From an uncultured Acidimicrobiaceae bacterium (lineage in GTDB: Bacteria > Actinomycetota > Acidimicrobiia > Acidimicrobiales > RAAP-2): a DNA stretch of 64,000 nt. The stretch is taken from positions 500,488 to 564,487 of the forward strand of contig CAVYQI010000003.1 of the NCBI GenBank assembly GCA_963770635.1. Direction: 5' to 3'. The notes beneath the pieces are model-generated. The model saw nothing but the letters and a program-made list of their open reading frames with translations. It was not told the DNA's origin and made no database searches. Position 1 is the first letter of the stretch. The number at the start of each line of letters is the position of its first letter. Below are positions 17,767 to 27,133 of the stretch, in pieces. The translations under genes and the position numbers were made by a program.

Positions 17767-19011
17767 ATGGCCGCCGCTGCACCGCTCTCGGGTATCCGGG
17801 TCATCGAATGCTCCGCTCTGGGGCCGGCCGCCATCACCATGCCCTTGGTCGACCTGGGTGCCGAGGTCATCAAGGTGGAACCGCCCAGCGGCGATTACAT
17901 CCGCGAGATGACCTGGCCCATCGTCGGGGGGGTGTCCCTGATGCACCTCCACATCAACCGGGGCAAGCGCAGCATCGTGATGGATCTCCGCCAGGAGGAG
18001 GACGTCGCCACCTTCAAGGAGCTGGCCGAGACGGCCGACGTGGTGGTGGAGGCCATGCGCCCGGGCGGGCTCGCCCGGCGGGGGGTGGGCTACGACGACC
18101 TCCGGAAGATCAACCCCACGATCGTGTTCTGCACCATCTCCGGCTATGGCATGACCGGCCCGTACCAGAACCTCCCCGCCCACGGAGTCGCCTTCGACAC
18201 CTGGGCCGGCATCGTCTCCCCCCAGGTCAACGACCAGGGGTTCGCCTATCTCCCCGAGCACGCGTCGATGGGCATCCACGCCGGCCCGCTGTTCGGGGCG
18301 CTCGGCATCCTGGCCGCAGTGATCCGGGCCAAGGAGACCGGGGAAGGATCGTTCCTCGAGGTCGCGCAGTCGGACGCCGCCGCGGCCATGGACTGGTACC
18401 GGAGTGAGACCTGGCGCGCCTATGAACGACCGGAGTCCGAGGTGACCGGGAACAAGGCCGACAATTACGAGCGTCGGGCGCCGGGCACGGCCGGGATGAT
18501 CGAGGGTGTGCGGTACCAGGTCTACGAGGCCAAGGACGGTAGGTACGTCTTGTTCATGGCCTCGGAGCAGGCGTTCTGGAAGAACTTCGCCGAGGCGGTC
18601 GGGCGGGCCGACCTGTTCGAGCGTTGGCCGGGTTCCAAGTACGCCGATCACGCTCGGAACAACATCGAGCTGCAGACTGAACTGAAGGCCATCTTCCTGA
18701 CCAAGACGGCGGAGGAGTGGATCGACTTCGGGGTGACCGCCAACTTCCCGGTCAGCCCGGTGAACACCCCGCAGACCATCGCCGAGGATCCCCAGTTCGA
18801 GGACCGGTTCCACTGGTTCCCGGCCAGCCGGCTCGGAGCCGACCAATTGCCCACCCCGTTGAAGTTCGTCAACGAGGAGCTCCCCACCCCCACCAAGGCG
18901 CCGACCGTCGGCCAGCACACCGACGAGGTGGTGCGCGACGTCCTGGGTTGGGATGACGAGCGGATCGCCGAATCGCGGCGGCGCGGCGGGCTCGGCGGAT
19001 CCAAAGCCTGA
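17767..19011 (+). CDS. CaiB/BaiF family (class III) CoA-transferase
   Basis: LSGIRVIECSALGPAAITMPLVDLGAEVIKVEPP N-terminus and SGYGMTGPY motif; ATG at 17767. Confidence 0.85.
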   Translation: MAAAAPLSGIRVIECSALGPAAITMPLVDLGAEVIKVEPPSGDYIREMTWPIVGGVSLMHLHINRGKRSIVMDLRQEEDVATFKELAETADVVVEAMRPGGLARRGVGYDDLRKINPTIVFCTISGYGMTGPYQNLPAHGVAFDTWAGIVSPQVNDQGFAYLPEHASMGIHAGPLFGALGILAAVIRAKETGEGSFLEVAQSDAAAAMDWYRSETWRAYERPESEVTGNKADNYERRAPGTAGMIEGVRYQVYEAKDGRYVLFMASEQAFWKNFAEAVGRADLFERWPGSKYADHARNNIELQTELKAIFLTKTAEEWIDFGVTANFPVSPVNTPQTIAEDPQFEDRFHWFPASRLGADQLPTPLKFVNEELPTPTKAPTVGQHTDEVVRDVLGWDDERIAESRRRGGLGGSKA

Positions 19012-19062
19012 GGGTCTACCCGGCCCCAGACCCCGAATCTGACGGGGCGTTAGGATTCCCGT

Positions 19063-19551
19063 ATGCCCTCATCCAAGACCCGGCTCCCGGCCGTCGACGG
19101 TTGGTTCACCCTCGATGACAGCGCCCCTGCCCTGCTCGGGAGCAAGTGCACCTCCTGTGGGACCTTCGCCTTCCCCAAGGAGACCTTCTTCTGCCGCAAC
19201 CCGGAGTGCCAGAGCACCGAGTTCGCCGAGACCGAGCTGAGCCGCACCGGCACTGTCTGGTCCTACACCGACGCCTGCTACCAGCCGCCCAAGCCCTACG
19301 TGGCCGCCGAGCCCTACCTGCCCTTCTCGATCGCCGCCGTCGAGCTCGCCGCCGAGCAGATGGTGGTGATGGGCCAGGTGGTGGCCGGGGTCACCGTCGA
19401 CGACCTCGCCGTGGGGACCGAAGTGGAGATCGTGCTCGACACCCTCTACGAAGACGACGACAACGAGTACCTGGTGTGGAAGTGGCGTCCGACCTCGCCC
19501 GTGACACCGACCGCCGGGGCGACCGGAGCTGAGGAGGCGTCCGATGCCTGA
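19063..19551 (+). CDS. DUF35 OB-fold/zinc-ribbon protein (thiolase-associated)
   Basis: CTSCGTFAFPKETFCRNPEC zinc ribbon followed by an OB-fold-like segment. It overlaps the downstream thiolase-like gene by 8 nt. Confidence 0.8.
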   Translation: MPSSKTRLPAVDGWFTLDDSAPALLGSKCTSCGTFAFPKETFFCRNPECQSTEFAETELSRTGTVWSYTDACYQPPKPYVAAEPYLPFSIAAVELAAEQMVVMGQVVAGVTVDDLAVGTEVEIVLDTLYEDDDNEYLVWKWRPTSPVTPTAGATGAEEASDA

Positions 19552-20743
19552 CGACAAGCGGGTCGCGGTGCTGGGCGCCGGCATGCATCCCTGGGGCAAG
19601 TGGGGACGCAACTTCGTGGAGTACGGGCTGGCCGCCGCCGGGGATGCCCTCTCGGATGCCGGCCTGCCCTGGACCGACGTGGAGTACGTGTCCGGCGCCG
19701 ACACCATCCGCAACGGCTATCCCGGCTTCATCGCCGGCGCCTCCTTTGCCCAAGCCCTGGGTTGGACCGGGGCCCGGGTCTCGTCGTCCTATGCCGCCTG
19801 CGCCTCCGGCGCCCAGGCGGTGAGCAACGCCCGGGCCCAGATTCTGGCCGGGCTCTGCGACGTCGCCCTGGTGGTCGGGGCCGACACCACCCCCAAAGGG
19901 TTCTTCGCCCCGGTCGGCGGCGACCGCAAGGACGATCCCGACTGGTTGCGGTTCCACCTGTTGGGGGCGACCAATCCCACCTACTTCGCCCTTTACGCCC
20001 GGCGGCGGATGGAGCTGTTCGGCGCCAACGAGGCCGACTTCGCGGCGGTGAAGGTGAAGAACGCCCGCCACGGTCTGGAGAACCCCAACGCCCGCTACCG
20101 CAAGGAGGTGACCGTCGACGAGGTGCTCGCCTCTCCGATGGTGGCCGACCCGCTCCGGCTCCTGGAGATCTGCGCCACCTCCGACGGCGGGGCGGCGCTG
20201 GTCCTGACCAGCATGGAGTTCGCCCGCCGTCACGCCGGATCCAGCCCGATCGTCACCATCGACGCGGTGTCGACGGTGACACCCCGCTATCCCCAGACGG
20301 TGATCGAGATGCCCAACTTCTCCACCGACTCCGCCGCCACCGTCTCCACCCCCGGCCCGACCTTCAAGCAGTCGGTGGCGTTGGCCGCCTACGAGGAAGC
20401 CGGCATCGGCCCGGAGGACATCAACCTGGCCGAGGTCTACGACCTGTCCTCGGCGCTCGAGCTCGACTGGTACGAGGACATCGGGTTGTGCAAGGAGGGT
20501 GAGGCCGAGCGCCTGCTGCGGGACGGCGACACCACCATCGGGGGCCGGGTCCCGGTCAACCCCAGCGGCGGGCTCTCCTGCTTCGGCGAGGCCATCCCGG
20601 CCCAGGCCATCGCCCAGGTGTGCGAGCTGGTGTGGCAGCTACGGGGCCAGGCGGCTGGGCGCCAGGTGGACGGGGCCCGGGTCGGAATCACCGCCAATCA
20701 GGGCCTGTTCGGGCACGGTTCGTCGATCATCGTCGCCTCCTAG
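19544..20743 (+). CDS. thiolase-like lipid-transfer protein (SCP-x-type thiolase family)
   Basis: SSYAACASGAQAV active-site-Cys context, and GGLSCFGEAIPAQAI and NQGLFGHGSS C-terminal thiolase motifs; 399 aa. Confidence 0.85.
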   Translation: MPDDKRVAVLGAGMHPWGKWGRNFVEYGLAAAGDALSDAGLPWTDVEYVSGADTIRNGYPGFIAGASFAQALGWTGARVSSSYAACASGAQAVSNARAQILAGLCDVALVVGADTTPKGFFAPVGGDRKDDPDWLRFHLLGATNPTYFALYARRRMELFGANEADFAAVKVKNARHGLENPNARYRKEVTVDEVLASPMVADPLRLLEICATSDGGAALVLTSMEFARRHAGSSPIVTIDAVSTVTPRYPQTVIEMPNFSTDSAATVSTPGPTFKQSVALAAYEEAGIGPEDINLAEVYDLSSALELDWYEDIGLCKEGEAERLLRDGDTTIGGRVPVNPSGGLSCFGEAIPAQAIAQVCELVWQLRGQAAGRQVDGARVGITANQGLFGHGSSIIVAS

Positions 20744-20746
20744 CGG

Positions 20747-21691
20747 CTACCGGTTGACCAGCACGATCTTGCCGAGCTTGGCCCCGGCGGCGAACCGCTC
20801 GTACCCCTCGGTGGCGTCGGCCATCGGGTAGGTGGCGGCCAGCGGCACTTTGATCTGGCCGGAGGCCAACCGGGGCAGGACGTCGGTTTCGACCCCCCGG
20901 GCCACCTCGGCCTTCTCCGCCACCGACCGGCCCCGCAGGGTGGACCCGGTGAGCCGGACCCGCTTCTGCATGATCGCCAGCAGGTTGATTTCGACATTGG
21001 CACCGGCTCCGACTCCGATCACCACGATCCGTCCCCGGGTGGCCATCGCGCCGAGGGCGGCGGCCACCCCCGGCGCGCCGACCAGCTCGAGCGAGATGTC
21101 ATACGGTCCGCGGTCCGGCACCTGGTCGGGTTCGATGACCTCGTCGGCGCCCAGGGCCCGGACGGCGTCGCGCAGGTCAGGATTCCTGACCGAGCCGACG
21201 ACCTGGGCACCGGCGGCGTGGGCGATCTGTACCGCCGCGGTCCCGACCCCACCGGCGCACCCTGAGATCAACACCCGCTCACCGGCGGTCAGGCCGGCCT
21301 GGACGATCAGGGCGTCATAGGCGGTGAAGAACACCTCGGGGAAACCGCCGGCTTCCGCCCAGCTGATCGAATCGGGCACCGGCAGGACGAACGCCTCGGG
21401 GACGGTCAGCAGTTCCGCCTGGGCCCCGCCTCCGACGATGGTCATGACCCGGTCACCGCTCTTGAAACGGGTGGTGGACGCCCCGGTGCCCACCACCTCG
21501 CCGGCGAACTCCATGCCCGGGATGTCCGGCGGCCAGCCGGGGGGCGCCGGGTAGAACCCCTGGCGCTGCATCAGGTCCGCCCCGTTGATGCCGGCCGCGT
21601 GCACCGCCACCAGCAACTCGCCGGAAGCGGGGACGGGATCCGGTCGGGAATCCCAGACCAGGGAGGTGTCGACGATGGTGACTGCCTGCAT
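20747..21691 (-). CDS. NADPH:quinone reductase-like MDR oxidoreductase
   Basis: MQAVTIV start and ISGCAGGVGTAAVQIAH cofactor motif. This is the C-terminal 314 aa of ORF 20747..22006. Confidence 0.85.
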   Translation of the reverse strand: MQAVTIVDTSLVWDSRPDPVPASGELLVAVHAAGINGADLMQRQGFYPAPPGWPPDIPGMEFAGEVVGTGASTTRFKSGDRVMTIVGGGAQAELLTVPEAFVLPVPDSISWAEAGGFPEVFFTAYDALIVQAGLTAGERVLISGCAGGVGTAAVQIAHAAGAQVVGSVRNPDLRDAVRALGADEVIEPDQVPDRGPYDISLELVGAPGVAAALGAMATRGRIVVIGVGAGANVEINLLAIMQKRVRLTGSTLRGRSVAEKAEVARGVETDVLPRLASGQIKVPLAATYPMADATEGYERFAAGAKLGKIVLVNR

Positions 21692-21769
21692 CAGGCCAAT
21701 GTAGGCGCGACGCCCTAGTCTGGATTCGGTCCGGCCCCACCTGTCCAGCGGTCCATCCTCGAAGAAGCA

Positions 21770-22750
21770 ATGGGAGAGGTCTTCGCCATGACGACCGAGA
21801 TGACCAGCCCCACCTCGGGCGAAGTACTCCACTTGGTGTTGGCCCATTCGGCCCGCAACTTTCTGCTCAACGATATCGGGACGGTCGGCAACCTGGTCGA
21901 CCCGGCCGACCAGGCGATGGTCAACCCAACCTCCGCGGCGTCCAACGGCGCGGTGTTGACGTTCGCGGCGCCGAGGCGGCGGACCGACGAAACCGATCGG
22001 GTACACCAGAGCCGGGTGGCCATGCGGCGGATCCGTTCCAACCTCCGCACCTTTCGGCTGGCCGTGGACCCCGGCTGGAGCACCGCCCTGCGGGCCGAGC
22101 TCTCCTGGTATTCCCGGTCCCTCGGGGAATCGAGAGACCTCTACGTGCTCCGGGACATGTTGACCATCAACGGCCCGTTACTTCTGGAGGACCCGGAGCT
22201 GAAGCCGATCGTGGACATCGTCGACCGGTCGATCGCCGGAGCCCGCGCCCGGGTGGCGGTAGCCCGCAGCGGGGACCGTCATGCCCGGCTGGTGGACCAG
22301 CTGCGACTCCTGCGGGACGCCCCGCAGTTCACCGAGAAGGCGAAGCGGCCGGCCATCGAGCTGATGCCGACCCTTCTGCACCGGGCCTGGCTCGATGTCC
22401 GCGGAGCCGGCCGGACGGCCAAGAAGGACTCGTCGATCCAGAACCTGCATAAGTTGCGCATCCGTCTGAAGGGTCTTCGCTACGGCTCCGAGACGGTGGC
22501 CGTCGTCGCCGGAGATCCGGCCCTCCGCACCGCTCGAGAAGCGGAGAAGCTCCAGGGCAAGCTGGGTGACCTGCTCGACGCCACCCACTCGGTCGAATGG
22601 TTGCAAGCGGTGGCCGACAGCCATCCTGAGTTGGCTCGACCCACCGAGAGCCTGATGGTCGTCCAACGGGCGGCGGCGGTCGTCACCCGGCGGGGATGGA
22701 AGAACGACCTCAAGGACATCGAGCGACGCTGGCGGAAGTGGCAGGGATAG
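21770..22750 (+). CDS. CHAD domain-containing protein
   Basis: Helical, Arg-rich repeats with VHQSRVAMRRIRSNLRTF and LHKLRIRLKGLRY, typical of CHAD domains. The start codon is uncertain. Confidence 0.7.
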   Translation: MGEVFAMTTEMTSPTSGEVLHLVLAHSARNFLLNDIGTVGNLVDPADQAMVNPTSAASNGAVLTFAAPRRRTDETDRVHQSRVAMRRIRSNLRTFRLAVDPGWSTALRAELSWYSRSLGESRDLYVLRDMLTINGPLLLEDPELKPIVDIVDRSIAGARARVAVARSGDRHARLVDQLRLLRDAPQFTEKAKRPAIELMPTLLHRAWLDVRGAGRTAKKDSSIQNLHKLRIRLKGLRYGSETVAVVAGDPALRTAREAEKLQGKLGDLLDATHSVEWLQAVADSHPELARPTESLMVVQRAAAVVTRRGWKNDLKDIERRWRKWQG

Positions 22751-22790
22751 ACCGCAGCTCACACTGGCGGGCGCCCGCAGCATCGAGCCT

Positions 22791-23207
22791 TTACCACTCG
22801 ACGCCGGTGGAGACGCAGAACTCGTTCTGCTCGGGGTCCGACATTCTGACCCACCGGGTTCCCCCGAAGCTCTGCACGCCTTCGTCGATGCGATGAGCGC
22901 CGAGTTCCTGCAGCCGGTGGATCTCGGCTTCGATGTCGTCAACCACAATGTCGAGGTGCATGCGGTTCTTGCCGGCTTTGGGTTCGGGTACGCCCTGAAG
23001 GAGAAGCGGCGAAGCGATCCCGGCTTTGGGAACGAGCACAGCCAGATTCGTATCCGTGTAGTAGTCCCGATAGTCGAGCGCCTCGCGCCAGAACCTCGCG
23101 AGCCTCCTTGGCTCTGCACAGTCGAGCACGAGTTCCACTGTTGCCCTGCGTCCCACTGCCTGCCTCCAGGTCGGAGTCGTGTCGCCCTCCGCCAAGTGCC
23201 CGTTCAA
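22791..23207 (-). CDS. VOC/glyoxalase-like domain protein
   Basis: LVLDCAEPRRLARFWREALDY ... NRMHLDIVVDD ... DPEQNEFCV pattern of the glyoxalase-like family. Confidence 0.7.
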   Translation of the reverse strand: MNGHLAEGDTTPTWRQAVGRRATVELVLDCAEPRRLARFWREALDYRDYYTDTNLAVLVPKAGIASPLLLQGVPEPKAGKNRMHLDIVVDDIEAEIHRLQELGAHRIDEGVQSFGGTRWVRMSDPEQNEFCVSTGVEW

Positions 23208-23233
23208 TCACGAGACACTCCCCTCGCAGGTGT

Positions 23234-24076
23234 CTACGAGTCGGTCTCGGTCACGGCGACGTGATCGGTCTCCCATAGTTTGATGCCACCCAGGATCCCG
23301 GCGGTGTTGTCGACGATCGTGACATCGTCATCGAGGTCGTCCCGGACCAATCGGCGCGAGTTCCCGCCGCCGATGTAGAGGTGATCGAAGAACATCAGGG
23401 CCCGCATGTTCTTGATGGCCTTCTGAACCCGCCGGTTCCATCGTTCCTCGCCAATCTCCTTGCGGGCCGCCTCACCGATCTGGTCGTTGTAGGTCTCGCC
23501 CTTCCGGAACGGCTGATGGGCGATCTCGAGGTGGGGCATCATGCGCCCCTCGTAGAAGAGACCGCTCCCGAACCCGGTCCCCAGGGTCATGACGAACTCG
23601 AGGCCGTTGCCGCTGACCACCGCCGCGCCCTGGACGTCGGCATCGTTGGCCACCTTGGTGGGCATGCCGAACGCCTCGGTGAGGGCGGCGGTGAGGTCGA
23701 AGTTCGACCACAACCCGGCGAGCTCGTCATCGGTCGGGCTGCCCGGACCGTGTTTGCAAGAGAAGTGAGGGGCGGAGAGCACCCGGCCGGCCCTCACCAT
23801 TCCCGGAAACCCCACCGACGCCCGTTCGGCCGTGGGCAACGGCGCCACCAATTTGCCCAGGGTGGTCACCAGCTTGTCGGGAGGGATCGGGTAGGGAGTG
23901 GGCACCTTGACCCGGTCGGCGACCATGGCACCGTCGGCGTCGAGCACCGAAGCCTTGAGCCCGGTCCCGCCGACGTCGACCGCCAAGGTCAGCGGGTGGT
24001 GGGGATTGGGGGTGATGGTGGCGGGAGGTTCGGGCTCGGGTGGCTCCTCCTCCGGCACTGGCTGGCTGTCGCTCAT
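23234..24076 (-). CDS. ppgK: ROK-family polyphosphate glucokinase-like protein
   Basis: LAVDVGGTGLKASV ATP-binding motif, GFPGMV, NDADVQG, LTLGTGFGSG and a GGGNSRRL tail, resembling actinobacterial PpgK. It has a Pro/Glu-rich N-terminal extension. Confidence 0.7.
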   Translation of the reverse strand: MSDSQPVPEEEPPEPEPPATITPNPHHPLTLAVDVGGTGLKASVLDADGAMVADRVKVPTPYPIPPDKLVTTLGKLVAPLPTAERASVGFPGMVRAGRVLSAPHFSCKHGPGSPTDDELAGLWSNFDLTAALTEAFGMPTKVANDADVQGAAVVSGNGLEFVMTLGTGFGSGLFYEGRMMPHLEIAHQPFRKGETYNDQIGEAARKEIGEERWNRRVQKAIKNMRALMFFDHLYIGGGNSRRLVRDDLDDDVTIVDNTAGILGGIKLWETDHVAVTETDS

Positions 24077-24118
24077 CTCCCTACGCTACGCCGCCGGAGG
24101 GGACTAACGTCAGCGTCC

Positions 24119-25519
24119 ATGCACGATCAGCCCTGGCCGGGGGACGCCTGCTCGCTCGTCGACGCCTTCCGCTCGGGGTCCATCACCCCGGTCGAGGCCC
24201 TGGAGGCAAGCCTGGCCGCCATCGACGCATCGGAGCTGAACGCCTTCACCCATCTCGATCCCGACGCGGCCCGGGAGACCGCCGCCCAGGCCGACGTCAC
24301 CCTGCCGTTCGGCGGGGTCCCGGTGGGGATCAAGGAGCTCGATGCGGTGACCGGGTGGCCGTATACGGAGGCGTCACTGGTCTACAAGGACCGGATCGCC
24401 GACCACGACGCCACCCAGGTCATCCGGCTCCGGGCCGCCGGCGCGGTCCTGGCCGCCCAGACCGCCGCCCCCGAGTTCGGCGGGGTCAACTACACCCACT
24501 CCAAGCTCCACGGCACCACCCGCAACCCCTGGAATCCCGAACGCACCCCGGGGGGCTCGTCGGGAGGATCGGCCGCGGCGGTGGCCGGGGGCATCCTGCC
24601 CATCGCGTCCGGCGGCGACGGCGGGGGTTCGATCCGGATCCCGGCCGGCTACAGCGGACTGCTGGGGCTGAAGTCCACCTTCGGTCGGATCCCCAAAGGC
24701 CCGCAGACGTTGCAACCGCCCCTGACCGTCGTCCTCGGCTGCATGGCCCGATCGGTCCGGGACACCGCCCGCTGGTTCGACGCCTGCAACGGGTACGACT
24801 CCCGCGACACCCTCAGCCTGCCCCGGGTCGAAGGATGGGAGGCGGGGCTCGGGTCCTTCGACCTGGCCGGCAAACGGGCGGTCGTCTCGGTCGATCTGGG
24901 AACCGCCATCGTGGAGCCCCGGGTGGCGACCATGGTGCTCGACGCCGCCGAGGCTTTGATCGCCGACGCCGGGCTCGCCCGGGTGGATATCGCCGTGCAA
25001 CTCCCCCGCGGCGGTCTGGAGTGGGCGATGTCCAACCTGGTGGGGTTGGCCGGCGAGCTCGGTGACCGCTACCCCGCCTGCAACGACGACCTCACCCCGG
25101 AGATCCAGCTGGGCATGAACCTGGCCACCCACGGTCTCAGCGTGCAGACCGCCGGGAAGACGGAGATGTTCCGCATCGACATCAACGAGACGATGGCCTC
25201 CCTCTTCGATCAGGTCGACTTCGTCTTCGCCGCCACCAATCCGGATGTCGCCTTCGCCGCCGCCGGACCGATGCCGACCACGGTGGGGGACATCGATCTC
25301 ATCGCCGAGTACGGCTTCGAGACGGCGCTCGCCAACAATGGCTCGCTGACCATCCCCGCCAACCTGACCGGCAATCCGGCGGTGGCCATCCCGGTGGGGC
25401 TGGTGGACGGCCTGCCGGTCAGCCTGCAGATCATCGGGCGCCATCACCAGGAGCAGCTCCTCCTCGATCTGGCCCGGATCGCCGAGCGGGAACGGCCGTG
25501 GCCGCTGGTGGTGCCATGA
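24119..25519 (+). CDS. amidase (amidase-signature family)
   Basis: [14 protein letters not shown]...[12 protein letters not shown] amidase-signature stretch. ATG at 24119 lies inside the long ORF 23381..25519. Confidence 0.85.
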   Translation: MHDQPWPGDACSLVDAFRSGSITPVEALEASLAAIDASELNAFTHLDPDAARETAAQADVTLPFGGVPVGIKELDAVTGWPYTEASLVYKDRIADHDATQVIRLRAAGAVLAAQTAAPEFGGVNYTHSKLHGTTRNPWNPERTPGGSSGGSAAAVAGGILPIASGGDGGGSIRIPAGYSGLLGLKSTFGRIPKGPQTLQPPLTVVLGCMARSVRDTARWFDACNGYDSRDTLSLPRVEGWEAGLGSFDLAGKRAVVSVDLGTAIVEPRVATMVLDAAEALIADAGLARVDIAVQLPRGGLEWAMSNLVGLAGELGDRYPACNDDLTPEIQLGMNLATHGLSVQTAGKTEMFRIDINETMASLFDQVDFVFAATNPDVAFAAAGPMPTTVGDIDLIAEYGFETALANNGSLTIPANLTGNPAVAIPVGLVDGLPVSLQIIGRHHQEQLLLDLARIAERERPWPLVVP

Positions 25520-26391
25520 AGGTCGACCTCTGGGTTCCGACCGTCGACCCGTTCTCCACCCCCGAGCTGCTGGCCACCATCGGGCGGGAGGCCGAGCAAC
25601 GGGGCATCGGCACCATCTGGGTCGGCGAGCACGTGGTCCTGTTCGACGAGTACGCCTCCGAGTACCCCTACGCGGAGGACGGCAAGATCCCCGCGCTCCC
25701 CAACAGCGGCCTCCTCGAGCCCTTCATCACCCTGTCGTTCCTGGCCGCCCACACCTCCACCGTCCGGTTGGGCACCGCCATGGTGCTGCTGCCCCAGCGC
25801 AATCCCGTCTACACCGCCAAGGAGGTCTCCACCCTCGACTGGCTGTCCAATGGTCGGGTCGACCTCGGCGTCGGGGTGGGCTGGCTCGAAGAGGAGTTCA
25901 ATGCCGTCAACGTGTCGTGGCCGCAGCGGGGCAAGCGGACCGACGAGTACCTCGAGGTGCTCGAGACCCTGTGGTGCGATGAGCGATCGGCCTACCAAGG
26001 CGAGTTCTACTCGCTCAACGAATGCGCGATGTTCCCGAAGCCGATCCAGAAGCCGCATCCCCCGATCCACATCGGCGGAGAGAGCGATGCGGCCCTGACC
26101 CGGGTGGCCCGGGCCGGCCAGGGCTGGCACACCTTCAACCGGAAACCGGCCGACCTGGCCGAGCCCCTGGCCAAACTCGACGGTCTGCTCGAGGGTCAGG
26201 GGCGATCGCGATCGGACATCACCGTGACCGTGTGCCCCTACTTCTTGCCGCTGGACCCGGCCATCGCCGAGCAGTACGCGGAAGCCGGCGCGGACGCGGT
26301 GTCGGCCCTGCTGTTGCCGTTGGGCATCGACGAGGTGGCCTCGGCGCTGGACGCCCTCCAGCCGATGCTGGATCGGGCCGCCTCCAGTTAG
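25516..26391 (+). CDS. LLM-class (luciferase-like) F420-dependent oxidoreductase
   Basis: The MKVDLW start overlaps the amidase stop (ATGA). Sequence EQRGIGTIWVGEHVV ... VDLGVGVGWLEEEF is typical of LLM/F420 enzymes. Confidence 0.8.
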   Translation: MKVDLWVPTVDPFSTPELLATIGREAEQRGIGTIWVGEHVVLFDEYASEYPYAEDGKIPALPNSGLLEPFITLSFLAAHTSTVRLGTAMVLLPQRNPVYTAKEVSTLDWLSNGRVDLGVGVGWLEEEFNAVNVSWPQRGKRTDEYLEVLETLWCDERSAYQGEFYSLNECAMFPKPIQKPHPPIHIGGESDAALTRVARAGQGWHTFNRKPADLAEPLAKLDGLLEGQGRSRSDITVTVCPYFLPLDPAIAEQYAEAGADAVSALLLPLGIDEVASALDALQPMLDRAASS

Positions 26392-26395
26392 GAGA

Positions 26396-27133
26396 TCACC
26401 AGGCGGCGTCCCGAGACAACGCCGGTTCGAGCAGAGTGGGGTCCAACCGCAGCTCCCGACGGGCCATGGCCTCCCAAAAGCCGGCGAACCCGTTGCCGTC
26501 GTGGTTCTGGAAGAACGACCGGGCCGGCTCGGGGAGCGGCCGGCCGGTGCCGACCGCGGCCACATGCCAGGCGGTCCGGCAACGCTGCTCGAGGGCAACC
26601 GCCCGCTGGTGGGCGGCCCGGATGCTCGAGCCGAGCACGAACACCCCGTGGTTGGACAGCAGGGCGAGGTCGGCGTCGCCCATGGCGGCGATGGCCCGGG
26701 CCGCCAAATCCGGGTCGTTGACCGGGCCGTCGTACTCGTCCACCAGCACCAGCAGCCCCCCACCCAGGGCCGAGCTCTGGTCGTGGCAGGTCGGGACCTG
26801 CTGGAGGTCGGCCCAGACGGTGCCGAACCGGGGATGGTTGTGGACGGCCACGGTGACGTCGGGACGGGCCCGGTGGAGGGCCAGGTGCAGCGGGATCCCG
26901 AGCGGAACCGGCCACCGCCCCTCCAGCCGGTTGCCCTCCGGGTCGATGCGGATGACGTCCTCCGGCCGGATCTCCTCCCACAGCAGCAGCCACGGATTGC
27001 AGAGCAGGGTGCCGTCATCCTGTTTGTAGGTGATGTGGCCGGCCAGATGGTCGTCGTACCCCTCGCGCCAGAGGGTCCGGGCCAGGAGCACCAGCTCCTG
27101 TTCGGGGGTGAGCTTGGGCAGCAACTCGGTCAT
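26396..27133 (-). CDS. class II aldolase/adducin family protein
   Basis: AGHITYK, VHNHPRFGT and LSNHGVFVLG motifs. This is the C-terminal 245 aa of ORF 26396..28438. Confidence 0.8.
   Translation of the reverse strand: MTELLPKLTPEQELVLLARTLWREGYDDHLAGHITYKQDDGTLLCNPWLLLWEEIRPEDVIRIDPEGNRLEGRWPVPLGIPLHLALHRARPDVTVAVHNHPRFGTVWADLQQVPTCHDQSSALGGGLLVLVDEYDGPVNDPDLAARAIAAMGDADLALLSNHGVFVLGSSIRAAHQRAVALEQRCRTAWHVAAVGTGRPLPEPARSFFQNHDGNGFAGFWEAMARRELRLDPTLLEPALSRDAAW

Noticed and set aside
16660-18918. Very long ORFs in the track: 752 aa at 16660..18918; also 39333..41558, 23381..25519, 2864..4795, 26396..28438, 17074..19011, 40652..42418, 58395..60176.
   Set aside because: In each case only one end carries family-typical sequence starting at an internal ATG/GTG. 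The rest is Arg/Pro/Gly-rich translation antisense to, or out of frame with, a well-supported neighbouring gene. This is the usual open-frame artifact of high-GC DNA.
19012-19062. Small hairpins (GGGTCT...AGACCC; CCCC...GGGG) after the CoA-transferase gene as a terminator.
   Set aside because: The stems are short, the loops are large and no T-tract follows. The next gene is co-directional and probably co-transcribed.
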